From contig NC_043000.1 of NCBI RefSeq assembly GCF_006345805.1, positions 119,536,001 to 119,600,000 on the forward strand: a stretch of 64,000 nt of DNA. The letters are read 5' to 3'. Origin of the DNA: Octopus sinensis. Lineage: Eukaryota. The notes beneath the pieces were generated by a model. It saw nothing but the letters and a program-made list of their open reading frames with translations. It was not told where the DNA came from and did not search any database. Shown piece by piece: positions 29,235 through 44,200 of the stretch; position 1 is the first letter of the stretch, and each line of letters begins with the position of its first letter. The position numbers and the translations under genes were made by a program.

Positions 29235-32200
29235 AAGATAGAAAAATGGGTTGCAGAACTCACTCTGGTTGCCTTAGTTTGGTAGTATTGTCTACTAGTG
29301 TGCGAATACCATCAGACCATGGAATTGGTGCCCATTTAATGACTTCCAGCACAGCAGAAATCTTTAACTAAAAGAAAAAGAAAACAAAAAAACAAATTTG
29401 TTTTAAATACTTTTGTCTAGAAATACTTTATTTCTAGTAGTGAGTATAACCTAAGTGTAGTTTAAGCCCAACTCAAGAAAGACCTCAAGGCATTTAACCT
29501 TTCAACATTCAGATTTCTCTGTCAAATGTAATGCTTATTTATTTTTAGAGTAATGCTTTAGGTAGGGTAGGTACGAGAGGCCAGACCTGACCAATTTGAA
29601 CATTAAAAAGGGAGAATATTTAGGGCTGATCTTTGACCCTTTATTTTTTCCTCTTTTCATATTTCTTTACTACCCACAAAGGGCTAAACAAAGAGAGGAC
29701 AAACAAAGGGATTAAGTCGATTACATTGACCCCAGTGCGTAACTGGTACTTAATTTATCGACCCCGAAAGGATGAAAGGCAAAGTCGACCTCGGCGGAAT
29801 TTGAACTAAGAACGTTACGGCAGCTGAAATACCGATTAGCATTTCGCCCAGCGCGCTTAACGTTTCTGCTAGCTCGCTGCCTTTTTCCTCATTTCAGTCA
29901 CCAGACAGAAGCCATGCTGGAGCACCACCATGAAGGATTTCGAGTTGAATGCATCGATCCCAGCACTTATTTTATGCAGCCGGCTACTTATTCTACCGGT
30001 CCCCTTTTGCTGAACTGCTAACTCATGGGGATGTAGACAAACCAGCACTGATTATCAAGTGGTGGTGGTGGGGACAAACACAAACACATAGATATATGCA
30101 TTTATACGACAGGCTTCTTTCAGTTTCCATCTATCAAATCCACTCACAAGCTTGGGGCTGTAGCAGAAGACATCTGTTGAAGGTGCCACACAGTGAGACT
30201 GAACCCGAAACTATGTGGTTGGGAAGCAAGCTTCTTACCACACAGCCACGCCTCCGCCTATGGGCAGCTTAAATGCTAAAGGGTCAATACAGAGGGTGGC
30301 AAGCCAGCAGAAACATTAGCATACTGGGAAAAATGTTTAGCGGTATTTTATCTGTCTTTATGTTCCGAGTTTAAATTCCGCTGAGGTCAACTTTGCCTTT
30401 CATCCTTTTGGGGTCGATAAATTAAGTACCAGTTGCGCACTGAGGTTGATCTAATTGACTCCCCCACCCAATTTTGGGGCTTGTGTCTATAGTAGGAAAA
30501 TGTTAGCATGCTGGGTGAAAGGCTTAGCAGTATTTTGTCTGCCTTTATGTTGAGGCAAATTCCACCAAGGTCGACTTTGCCTTTCATCCTTTCAGGGTCG
30601 ATTAAATAAGTACCAGTTAAGCACTGGGACTGATGTAATCAACTTAATCCCTTTGTCTGTTCTTGTTTGTCCCCTCCATGTTTAGCCCCCTGTGGGTAAT
30701 AAAGAAATAAATACAGTAATACAGTGTCTGACTAATTCTGCCATCTGCAGTTCTTATAAAAATGTATTGAAATGCCCAGTTAATTATTTTTGATGGAATA
30801 TGAGACATAATTTTGTTTTTCTAGAACAAGGTCTTAATAATGAAAAAAACTGGATCCTATATGTGAAATTGGGCTTATATTACATGCTTTAACCCTTTTG
30901 TTACTGTATTTATTTTGAGATTCTGTTTCTTTCAATTACTTTAAATATAAGTAAAATAACTTAGTCACAATTTATGTTCCTAATACTAACTGAATGATAA
31001 CTAAGGTTTGGTGGAAAGTTTTAATTCAAAACTTATGAAAACAAGACATTTGTACTACAGAGTCAGAGGTGGTTTCAGCCGGGTTGGTATCGAAAGGGTT
31101 AAGAATTGCTTCTCTATTATATATTTTAACCCTTTTGTTAGCGTATTTATTTTGAGATGTTCTGTGTTTCTTTCGATTAATTTTAAATATAACAAAGAAT
31201 TTAATAAAATAACTTAGTTATCATTAAGCTAGTGTTAGGTACATAAGTTGTGACTAAGGTTTGGTGGAAGATTTTAATTCAAAACTTATGAAAACAACAC
31301 ATTTGTAATCAGAGCCAGAACGGGTTTCAGCCAGGTTAGTAATGAAAGGATTAAAGCACTAAAAACTGTTTTTCCTAAGGCACGTAAAAAGCACCCACTA
31401 CATTCTTGGAGTGGTTGGCATTAGGAAGGGCATCCAGTTATAGAAACTGTAATGGGACTAGGTTTCTTATACCTGTGGAGTATCTCCTCCCATTACAATA
31501 ATTTTTTGTAGTCTTGGGATTCTGGAACTCAAAGAAGAAGAGGCTTACAAGTGGATGTAATTCAATGGTTGTTTATTTGGTTCTCATTTCAAGGGGTTTG
31601 CTCCCAGCAACCATCTATATGTCAGCATGTAGTTCATTAGCTCCGTTCATGAGAGGTACATTACCTCTGGAGATAACGAGTAAAGTTAGAGTGGGTTAAG
31701 AATCCGCTGTGAGCTGCTACGTTGCAGTGTTGTTCAACGTGAACGCCAACGTGAGAGAAGAGAACGGGTTGCTCAATACACCTCCTTAAATAGATGTTGC
31801 GCACAAGAGCCTCGCTGTGGTCTCGCGCATGGCAAACATGGTTGTAGGCGAGATCTTGCTTCTGTCTCGGACCTGGTAATGGCAGCCGGCAAGATCTAGT
31901 ACAAAATGGTGCTGGTTTCTTGTGTCATGCTACAAAACTTCGCCAGATCAGATCGGAGCCCGGTGCAGCCGCTGGCTTGCTATCCACAAGTCAAACTGCC
32001 CAACCCATGCCAGCAAGGAAAGCTGGACACTAAAGTATGATGATGATGTACTTCTGAAACTTGAGTGCATCCAATATGCCTGAGTATCTTTTGTGCCATT
32101 AAATATGGTAATGGTTTTCAAGTAAAGCTAAGTGAGGCATTAAAAATGGTGACATCAAAGAAAAAGAGAAAAAACACCAAATAGTGGATTCTACACAATA

Positions 32201-35200
32201 ATAACAAGACAATAAAAGTCAAAATAGTTCAACAGCCGGTAGAACTAGCAGAACAGGTAAACAGTACTAACTTTTACATCAGAAATATAACCGATGACAG
32301 CCAAAGCTTTCGATTCCCAATGTGCATGGCCAAGATAGTTGACGCAGTGAGTTCGTTCTAGAAGATCCTAGAAAAGCCAAAAAGAATATTCAGAAGAAGA
32401 ATTACAATTAATCAACAAATGTTTTGGGAGATTTTAACCCTTTGGTATTCAGATTTCTCAGTCAAATGTAATGTGTACATATTCACACAGTTTTGAAATA
32501 ATAATGCATTATTTCGCAGTTTCAAGACTTCAGTGATGTGATTGTTTGTTTTTTGAATGATATTGTAGGGTAGGTGTGAGAAGCCAGAGTCGACCAGTCT
32601 GAACAAACAACATATAAAAGCGCCTGTGTGGTGTCACGTAAAAGTACCTAGCACACTCTGTAAAGTGGCTGGCATTAGGAAGGGTATCCAGTTGTAGAAA
32701 CCATGCCAGAACAGGCTGGAGTCTGGTGCATATGCTAACCAGCATGCCAGCTCTGGCCACACTGTTTAACCCATGCCAGCATGGACAACAGATGTTAAAT
32801 GATGATGAAAATTTGAGTACACAATATAATTACTTCTCAGATGTGCTTTGTACTTTTTTCTTAGAACAGTGCTTCTGATTTCTTTTAATTACTAAAGATT
32901 AAATTACTGGAAATTTGTTGTCTTCAAGGTCGTTGCCAGCTCCGTTGGACTGGCTCCTGTGCAGGTGGCACATAAAAAGCACCATTTGAGCATGGCCGTT
33001 GCCAGTACCACCTGATTGGCCCTTGCGCTAGTGGCACGTAAAAGCACCCACTACACTCTCGGAGAGGTTGGCATTAGGAAGGGCATCCAGTTGTAGAAAC
33101 TGCCAGATCAGATTGGAGCCTGGTGCAGCCATCTGGCTCGCCAGTCCTCAGTCAAAGCTATTTATTTACTACCCACAAGGGGCTAAACAAGGACAGACAC
33201 ATGAATTAAGTCAATTACATCGACCCCAGTGCATAATTGGTACTTATTTAATCGACCCTGAAAGGATGAAAGGCAAAGTCGACCTTGGCGGAATTTGAAC
33301 TCAGAACGTAACGGCAGACGAAATACGGCTATGCATTTCGACTGGCGTGCTAACGTTTCTGCCTCAGTCAAACCGTCCAACCCATGCCAGCATGGAAAGC
33401 AGACATATATGATGATGATGAACAGAATATTTTGACAAGATACAACTAGTTTAAGTGCTGAAGGCTTAAAGACGTGTACTGCTGGGAGAGCTAGCTGATC
33501 GTGGTGTCAGCATACCAGTACTATACACTAGCAAAGAAACAGCAGTTGTTTGTTATACAATGATGCAATCAACCGATATCATAGACTGCTTCCCGCTCGA
33601 CTGTAGCCCTGCTCAGTTGAAGGGGAACATAGCCTTGCAAGTTGTAAAGTGATCTCACTTGTGCTGGTGTCACAAAATAGGAACCCAAATACACTCTGTA
33701 AAGTGGTTGGCACTAAGAAGGGCGTCCAGCTGTAGCAACCATAGGAACACAATGCACTCTTTGGATCAGTCAGATCCTCTTGAAATTGTACAACCCATGC
33801 CTTCGTGAACCACAGATGTTAAATGATTATAATGAATCGAAATTGAACCAATCCTATGACTGGCACCTGGCAGTTGCCAGGGCCGCTGGACTGACTCCTG
33901 TGCAGGTGGCAAGTAAAGAAACACCGTTTCGACCCTGTGCTTGAGGAGACCTATTGAGTCAAGTACACCAACATCAAAAATCAATGGAAACTGCAGTTGT
34001 GATCCCTGTGCTGGTGGCATGTAAAAAGCACCATCCGAACGTGGCCGATGCCAGCACCGCCTAGACTGGCTTCCGTGCCGGTGACACGTAAAAAGCACCA
34101 TCCGAACGTGGCCGTTGCCAGCCTCGCCTGGCACGTAAAATGCACCCACTACACTCACAGAGTGGTTGGCGTTAGGAAGGGCATCCGGCTGTAGAAACAC
34201 TGCCAGATCAGACTAGAGCCTGGTGCAGCCTTCGGGCTTCCCAGATCCCCGGTCGAACCGTCCAACCCATGCTAGCATGGAAAACAGACGTATGATGATG
34301 ATGAAAGGGATAACTGTGGTATAGAAATACTTAGTAAATGCAGAAAAAAACAAGTATCTGAAATTCTGAATTTCAATGAAATGGTCACAAAATATAGAGG
34401 ATAGTAACATTTCATATAAAAAGGAGAAATGCTCAATAACAACAAGATCAACAACATTCATACTCTAATATATTTGCAGAATATGTCATCCTCATTGAGT
34501 TGGTATTCTTTTATATACGGGTGGATAACTTCCTTGAGGGTTTTGTCCATCAATTCTATGGCCACCAAGCGATCCAGCATCCGAAAGACAACCGACTCAG
34601 TAGTTTCCTGAATGTAAAAGAAAATGAATAACATTAAACTAACAAGGTTTATCTTTAACTCATTTAATAAATGAAAATTTGTTAAGTGCAACAGAAATAA
34701 TATTGGATTAAAACAGCAATCTGTGTATCATACTTAAAGCAAACACATCACAGAAAGCTAAATTAACTGCACTATTCGTCCGAAGGTATTTATTGAAGTA
34801 ATTGTGTTGTTAGTTACTTAGCAACTCTGTTGATGCCAGTGCCTTATAAAATGCACCCATGCTGGTGGCACATAAAAACATCTAGTAAAGTGGCTGGATT
34901 TAGGAAGGGCATCCAGTTGTAGAATCAATGCCAAAACAGACAACTGGAGCCTAGACAGCTCTTGTCAAACTGTTCAACCATGCCAGCATGGAAAACAGAC
35001 ATTAAATGATAATGATGATGTTTTGCCTGCCTTGGCTACAACCAGGCATGATATGCAAATAATAATGGAGATGTGATAAATAAAGTCATGTCTGTGCTTG
35101 TTTAAGTTAGAGGAAAGACACTGTACAGAACCAATCCCACTTTCTATATTACATCGAAATTGAACCAAATTCGATGACTGGCACCCGGTCGTTGCCAGTG

Positions 35201-38200
35201 CCGCTGGACTGACTCCTATGCAGGTGGCAAGTAAAGAAACACTGTTTTGACCTTGTGCTTAAGGAGACCTATTGAGTCAAGTACATCAACATCAAAATCA
35301 ATGGAAATTGTAGTTGTGATCCCTGTGCCAGGGGCATGTAAAAAGCACCATCCAAACGTGGCCGATGCCAGTGCCGCCTTGACTGGCTTCCATGCCGGTG
35401 GCACATAAAAAGCACCAACCAATCGTGGCCGTTGCCAGTCTCACCTGGCATGTAAAAAGCACCCACTACACTCATGGAGTGGTTGGCATTAAGAAGGGCA
35501 TCCAGCTGTAGAAACACTGCCAGATCAGACTGGAGCCTGGTGCAACCTTCTGGCTTCCCAGACCCCGGTTGAACTGTCCAACCCATGCTAGCATGGAAAA
35601 CGGATGTTAAACGATGATGATGATGTATTTGCCCACAAAGAACTAGTCTACACCATTGGATGCAAAGTTGCAAGTGTCATATCAGAGTTTTTCTTCTCAC
35701 TCTGAGCTGTTGGATGGCTGTTAACTCTACCAGGTTCATTTGCACGTTGACAGGTTTTGTTTTTCTGTCTTGAAGAGTCTACAATGAAAACCAACCTCCT
35801 TAGTAAACATGGTTGGCAGGATTGCTGATTTAGTCACTGACAGCCAGACTGTGTGGCAGGTTGTGCAGGGTCACATGTTACCAGTAGCACTTACAATGAC
35901 CTGACATATAGACCCCTCAAATTATAACTGTTATAACATGCTATATCCTTCGTACAATGGATTCGACAGTTCTTGCATTAGTTAACCAAACAAAATTTTC
36001 ACGATAATAGTTACTTATTTCTTTATTGCCCACAAGGGGCTAAACATAGAGAGGACAAACAAGGACAAATGGATTAATTCGATTACATCGACCCCAGTGC
36101 GTAACTGGTACTTATTTAATCAACCCTGAAAGGTAAAGTCGACCTCGGTGGATTTTGAACTCAGAACGTAGTGGCAGACGAAATACCTATTTCTTTACTA
36201 GCATGTGGCCCGACGTGCTAACGTTTCTGCCACCTCGCCAGCTTTTGTTACTTTTCATAACAGTTACTGCCAGGGAAAGTATCAAGCTGCAAAAACATAA
36301 TAATAATAATTCTTTCTACTACAGAAACAAGGCCTGAAATATAGGGGGAGGGAGCTAGTCAATTACATCAACCTCAGCACTCAACTGGTATTTAACTTAT
36401 TGACCCCGAAAGGATAAGAGGGAAAGTCAACCTCAGTGGTATTTGAACTCAGAACGTCAAAACAGATGAAATGCTGCGAAGCATTTCGCCTGGCATGCTA
36501 ATGGTACCGCCAGCTTAGCGCCTTAAATGATAAGAATAGGCACAAAGCCTGAAAATCTGGGGGAAGGGATAGTTGATCCCAGTGCATAACTGGTACTTAT
36601 TTCATCAGGCGGTGAGCTGGCAGAAACATTAGCACACCGGGCGAAATGCTTAGCGGTATTTCATCTGCCGCTTTGTTCTGAGTTCAAATTCCGCCGAGGT
36701 CAACTTTGCCTTTCATCCTTTCGGGGTCGATAAAATAAGTACCTGTTACGCACTGGGGTCGATATAATCGACCTTATTCGCATGTCTGTCCTCTCTGTGT
36801 TTAGTCTCTTGTGGGTAGTAAAGAAACAGGTACTTATTTCATCAACTCTGAAAGGACGAAAGGCAAAGTCGACCTCAGTGGAATTTGAACTCAGAACGTA
36901 AAGACGGATGAAAAGCCGTTAAACATTTCACCTGGTGTGCTAACGACACTGCCAGCTCGACACCTTAAATAATAATAATAGTTTTGGCACAAGGCCAGAA
37001 AGTTTGGGGGTGGTGGTAAATCGATGTAATCGTCCCCTGTACTCAGCTGGTACATATTTTATCAACTCCCACCCAAAAGAATGAAAGGCAGAGTCGACAT
37101 TATGGCGGTTTGTTTATTCTACCTTAAGCTTTCTCTTAGGTTATATTATTTTATTTGGCTTTTTTCCGAGTAAGGGAGAATATAATGATTAAATGTCACT
37201 TATACTCAAGTGTTATCATTATACCTTAAACCCTAACTACAGTATATAAAGTCATAGAGACATATACACATGAAACACTATGAATATTAATGACATGTAT
37301 GTTGAATATTTTCTTCGTGTCCTTTTAACCGCTATAAGAAAACATAAATTAAGGATTACAGAAAAATGCATATTTATTTATGCTCAGTTGAAAAACAAAC
37401 GTGAAGAGAAACATTTTCTTAATTAGTTTTATTATATAAATATAACATTTTATATTACTTACAGGAGGAAAGAAAGATAATTTTGTCGTATAGAAGAACG
37501 ACTATAAATTCATTAACTAATTCTTATTTCTAACTAATACATTAATCAACAAATCAAAATAGACTTGTGATTAACTTTAGACATGGCATGAAAATTACCG
37601 ATGTCTCAAAAGAGTGAGTGTCGTGGAGTTTAGTGACATAACAACAAACACCAAAGTTTTCCCCAAAATCCAGGGTTTTTATAACTGCTCAACTTGACTT
37701 AAAAGAATCGAAATCCATTACAAATATTCTTTACGAAACTTTTAGAATCTTTATATGAGCAGTTATATTAACCAATGGAAAAAAACGAAAATAATAATTC
37801 TTCGACAAAGACATTACATCATATTGCCAATTTGCGCCATATTTCAAAATGGCTAAAATGGTTATTGCTACAACATCATAATAATAATAATCTGGAAATA
37901 CTGAAGGAGATAAAGAAAGAAAAAAAACCCATAAATCTTACCTGTGCAAAACCTGCAGCTGTCATTTTAAAGTTGTACTTGGTATAAAGGCTTTCCAGCT
38001 GGCGGTACACAGTGATTAAGTTGATCAGCGGGGTTAAAGTTATCCTGACGTTGGTGTATGTCTGCAAAAGCCAGAAAACAACAACGAAATATAACAAATT
38101 TGATATGGTTAGTAATACTGACCTGCTTTGAGCACTTATTCTGCATTTTTTTTATATTCTTTTACTTGTTTGTCATTTGACTGCGGCCATGCTGGAGCAC

Positions 38201-41200
38201 CACCTTTATTCGAACAAATCAACCCCAGGACTTATTCTTTATAAGCCCAGTACTTATTCTATCGGCTTCTTTTGCCAAACTGCTAAGTTACAGGGATGTA
38301 AACACCAACATCAGTTGTCAAGCAATGGTAGGGGCACAAACACAGACACAAATATATACATACATACACGATGGGCTTCTTTTAGTTTCCATCTACCAAA
38401 TCCACTCACACTGCTTTGGTTGGACTGTGGCAATAGTAGAAGACACTTGCCCAAGGTGCCACACAGTGGGACTGAACTCGGAACCATGTGGTTGGGAAGC
38501 AAACTTCTTACCACACAGCCATGCCAGCAAGTTTAGGGGAGTGGGGTAGGTCGATGTAATTAACCCCAGCAATCAACAGGTACATATTTTATTGACCCCC
38601 AAAAGAATGAAAGGCAAAGTTGAGAATAATAATAATAATGATCTGGAAATAAAGTTAAGGAAAGAAGGCAGCAGAAGTGTAGGGAGCTCTGAGAAGAGAT
38701 AATATCAATGGTGCCTGGACCCTTAAGTGGTAGCACGAACAGGCATCACTGGCCCTTCATTCAGCTTCTAAATATTACACACTGGTGTAGCACCTTAGAC
38801 AACAGGCTAAAGCACATGAGGGAGTGGTGTTGACATGGCATAATTAAATGGGTGGAGATGTGGCAATGGCCGAGAAGACCAATGACCAGGTGTTTGTGAC
38901 TGAAGGGGAGCCACTCTACACTTTGTGGGCCTTTGCTAGTAACCAATAGAAGAAAATCCACACAAAATGCAAGTGGTTGAGCTTCAGGAAAGCAACATGG
39001 CCTTGGAAAAGGAAATTCTGAAACCACAAAAACAGTTCAAGGGGAAAATGAATTACGGTAGGAGTGGCTATCTAGCCTCCGTGCCGGTGGCACGTAAAAG
39101 ACACCATTCGAGCATGGTCATTACCACCATCGCCTTGCTGGCTCCTGTGCCGGTGGCATGTGTAAAAGATTTGAGCGAGGTCGTTGCCAGTACCGCCTGA
39201 CTTGCCACATGCCAGTGGCATGTAAAAAGCACCCACTACACTCTTGGAGTGGTTGGCGTTAGGAAGGGCATCCAGCTGTAGAAACTCTGCCAGATCAAGA
39301 TTGAAGCCTGATGCAGCCATCTGGTTCGCTAGCCCTCAGTCAAAATCGTCCAACCCATGCTAGCATGGAAAGCGGACGTTAAACGATGATGATGAGGGCA
39401 ACAGTTATTTCCTAAACCTTCAATTAAAAGATGCACTGAGGGTGGCTGTAGACTGATCCTACTGCAGAAAAATGGAATTACTTGCAGAAGATATGGTCCT
39501 TCTACTTGAACAGGTAGACAATAAATCTGGATAAGAGCTCAGATCATAGCAACCACAGCCAAGATGGTAATAAAATACAAAAGTGATGGTGATGACATCA
39601 CGAAGCTATAGCAGTATTGTAAAGTTGATGATTTAATGAAGGATCAACCTGAAACTTGTGAAACCTTACCTTTAGAGCTGTCTCAGAAGGTGTTGACATG
39701 TACTGGTCAGAGGACACGTTTAACAAACTGGTAAACTTCTTGTAGAAAGTTTCCATCACACACAGAGCATTTGATGGCCATTCAGCCTAGAATAAAATCA
39801 GTAAAATGAAAATCTTCATTATCATAGTCAAATATTCCTAATTACATAATTATGATACTAATAACAGATGGTCTCTTTCTAATGTAGGTTGACCACTGAT
39901 GGTTATACCTATTTCTTTATTGCCCACAAGGGGCTAAACAGAGGGGACAAACAAGTACAGACAAATGGATTAAGTCGATTACATCGACCCCAGTGCGTAA
40001 CTGGTACTGAATTTATCGACCCCAAAAGGATGAAAGGTAAAGTTGACCGTGGCGGAATTTGAACTCAGAACACAGCGGCGGATGAAATACCACAAAGCAT
40101 TTCGCCCGGCATGCTAACGATTCTGCCAGCTCGTCGCCTGATGGTTATACCATTTTTTGAAACTCCGAGAAACAAACCCTTAGATCCCATTTATGAAGCA
40201 TGCATCCACTCTTAGATGATTAATACCGAAGCCAAGTCATTGGAACGTCAGATTTATTACACATTCATGCAGCCTATATCTGTAAATGAATTACAGTTAT
40301 ATGAATAAGAGGTAAGTTATCAAGAGAAAAACTCTAGATTCCACAGCAGGCATGCAAAATTCTTGACAGTGACACCACAAACAGGGAACTTCTACATGAT
40401 CATACAACCAGCCAGAAATAGCGAAAAAAAACCCCAAAAAAACCCTTAACCCTTTAGTGTTCACATTATTCTACCAAAATTAATGCTTTTTCATCCACAT
40501 TGCCTTGAACTAATCAGGCATTATCTTGTAGCTTTGGGATTTTGATGAGGTAGCTGTTAATTTTTAAAACGATATTGTAGGGTTGGTGTGAGAGACCAGA
40601 TCTGGCCAGTTTGAACATAAAACAGGCAGAATACTTTTGGCTGGATATGGCCGGTTTAAATCAAACCCTACCATGTTATCAATGAGAATATTTGATAAGG
40701 CAGCAGCGTCGTCGTCGTCGCCACCACCACCACCTTCTTCATCTTCTAATGTCAGTTTTCCGTGCTGTCATGTGTTGGGTGGTTTCACACTTTCTGACAA
40801 GTTGCAGGACTACATTAAGTTCCACTGTCAGCTACTTCACAGTATGTAGTGGAGAGGAATTTCCAAATTGGCTCAAATCAGAGTAGTGTTCTTTGTCTAG
40901 AGTCACAAAACCCCAGTAAGAAGGGAACCTAAGCCCTGAAAGTCAGCGGCTACCAAAGAACATTTTTTTTTTCAACCCAACCCCCTGACAAAGGAGACAA
41001 AAAACGTTACCTTCTCATAAATTTCCATGTTTTTTATTTTCAGGATGATCCAGGACGTGAGCACATTCTGTAATATACAAGAGTGACGGATGAAGAAGCC
41101 ATTTTCAAAGAGAAAGTGGATGATGGTGGGTAGGTGAGAGAAAGAGAGAGTGAGTAGTGGTAGACAGAACAGGAAGCAGAAAGTAGAGCGAGGGATAGTT

Positions 41201-44200
41201 TTCTCCTGTCTTTTTTTTTTTTGTGTAAGTCAAATCCTTAGCTTACAGCAAATAAAGTTGGATAATTTCTGTGCTGATGACAGCTTTTGAGCCAGAAACA
41301 CAGGTCCATGAGTGTCCTCTTATCTCCAGAGAGTAGAACTATCTTTTTCCTTAAGGTCAGGTCAGTTTTGGAGAAATTCATTAATCTTGAGATTGTTACC
41401 CCTTCTCATGATGAATTCCTCTTAATTGTCATTTAGTAATTATGATACATCTGCTAAGTAAAATAATTCCCTTCTCCCACCATCTATAGTCAGTCGTGTT
41501 CTCACAGTATATTGGAAATAAATGATACTGCTTGTATGACAACGACACACACAACAATCACGTGATGTCAAGTAAACAGAAACACACACGCAGGTGTTTT
41601 TGAAAAACTGAGTAATGAAAGTGCTTACACACACACAATATGCAAACTTCATATCAAAAGATAAATGTCAGTTTGTTTTTCTAAGACATTTTTAAAACAG
41701 TTAATATCATCATCATTTAACGTCCGCTTTCCATGCTAGCATGGGTTGGACGATTTTGACTGTGGGCTGGCGAACCAGATGGCTGCACCAGGCTCCAATC
41801 TTGATCTGGCAGAGTTTCTACAGCTGGATGCCCTTCCTAACGCCAACCACTCCGAGAGTGTAGTGGGTGCTTTTACGTTTCACCGGCACAGGGCAAGTCA
41901 GGTGGTGCTGGCAACGACCTCGCTCGAATCTTTTTACACATGCCACCAGCACAGGTGCCAGTAAGGTGATGCTGGTAATGATCATGCTTGATACATTTAA
42001 TAACATTTCAGAAAATCTTTCTTTAAATACTGTATCGTGACTGCACCAAGCAATTTCGTACAAATGAAGGTGTATGAGTCCGGATCCACTCGCAGGGCTC
42101 TGGTTGGCCTGGAGCTACAGAGAGAGTCGAAGCAGCGGTAAACAGAACAGGAAGCAGAAAATAGAAGACACCTGTCCAAAGTGCCATACAGTGGGACTGA
42201 ACCGGACACCCTATGGTTGCAAAGCAAACTTCTTAACGACATAGCATGTCTGATCTATTCAGTATTAAGTAAATCACAAGCTGACAACCAGAAAGACACA
42301 CGCACAATGAAAACAATGGTTATGATAGAAACTAAGAATCTTACCAAACTACGTGGCATCAGTCTGATAACGTACGGGATGAAATCTTCCAGTAACCATG
42401 CCTGCAGCTGGGTGATGCTGACATGGAGTGGTACACTGTTTAGCAACAGTTCCAGGGAGTCAATAGAATGCAGCTTCACAATTTCATGCTTGAAGATAGA
42501 TGGACAAAGAAGGAAGTGAGAAAGTAAAATGAAAATCAACCTCAAAAAATTATAAAATTCATTTAGAAATCTCACTTTATTACACACAGGTACAAAGCCT
42601 CGGACATCGAAAGTGATGAAACAGCTGAATATATGAAGCCCATTATGCCAGTGACTATTTTAACCTTTAGCATACAGTAGGTACATTATGTCACTGTATG
42701 AGTTTTCTCCCCTGTAGTAACAGGGCAGTGGCAGAGGAAACAATTCCAAAGAAAATGCAGTATGCTAAAGGTTAACTTAAGAACATGAAGGCATGAAAGT
42801 AGAAATTGTGATTAAAGGCTTTAATTGAGATTACTTTGAAACAGGAAGTTTGTATCAAAGAAGGTGGGGTCGTATCATTAAAAGGGTTAGAGAAATCTTC
42901 TATAACTTACATGGTGCCTTCTCCAAATTGTAAATGCAACATGAAGTAATTTGTCACGGAAAGAGTTGATTATTTTGTGAAAGAAATCGGCCTTCTTGAA
43001 CTCTTCCCATACTTCTGCTCTGTTAGACAAAAATAAATAAATAAAATGAAAATGATGGAAATAAAAGAAAAGAAACAAAATGATAGGAAATTCTTCAGTT
43101 TTAGATGGTAGAGACATTTAAAAAAAATGATAAATTCTCTTACTTGTAATATTTACGACCAAGTGCAAAACAGAAAGTGTAGAAACGAAAGAGCACCTGC
43201 TTCACCTAAAACAGAAAGAGAGAGAGTGTGAGAATGTGTTTATTACTCAGTTACTGGCTCAAGCCAACATCCTACTCTATCATTTGCAGTACCCAATACA
43301 AAGGAACTGATGTCTCTGAATACACTATACCACAGCCAGCCACCTAAATGCTACTAGCCAACATCGTATTTGTGCACATGGATTGAAGAATAAAGAAAAT
43401 AGTGGCATCACTTTCACAGCATTAATACCATGTAACCTGACCTGACCAAAACAGGTCTAATGCCTATAAGCCATCTTGAATTTGTCTCAAATCTTCCACT
43501 CTTTTCCTAACATCTGAGATGGATTTGTCTTATGTTCCTACATAATTTTAAGACGTGCGGAGTCAAATCAAGCTGTTATTTACACACACACACACTATAT
43601 ATATATATATAGGCACTGGTGTCTATCGAAATCAAACCCGGTGACTGGCATCTGTTGCTAGTGGAGCACTAAGAGTACCATACGAGTAAGATTGTTGTTG
43701 TCAGAGCACCAAGCTGGCCTTCATGCTGATGGCACGTTAAGCACACCATTAGAGCGTGATCATGACCACGACGCCTTACTAGCACTTGTGCTGGTGGCAC
43801 ATGAAACATTTGAGTGAGGTCATCGCCAGTGCTACTGGCACGTAAAAAGCACCATTTGGGCATGGCCGTTGCCAGTACCACCAAACTGGCCTTCGTGCCG
43901 GTGGCACATAAAAGCACCCACTACATTCTTGGAGTGGTTGGCGTTAGGAAGGGCATCCAGCTGTAGAAACTCTGCCAGATCAGATTGGAGTCTGGTTCAC
44001 CAGACCTCAGTCAAATCGTCCAACCCATGCTAGCATGGGAAGCGGACGTTAAATGATGATGATGATGAGTGTATAGGTGGTTGTTATGTAACACTGGCAC
44101 TACTAAGGCCACCAAGTAACTTGCAAGACAAGACCCTTTAATTGAGAGGGGTGTGGTATTGAGGATAATGGGTTTGTGCCAGGTGATGAGGGCTTAAAGT

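Noticed and set aside
37140-37940. Repeat-poor AT-rich stretch as a conserved regulatory element
   Set aside because: No motif or structure visible; it would need cross-species alignment.
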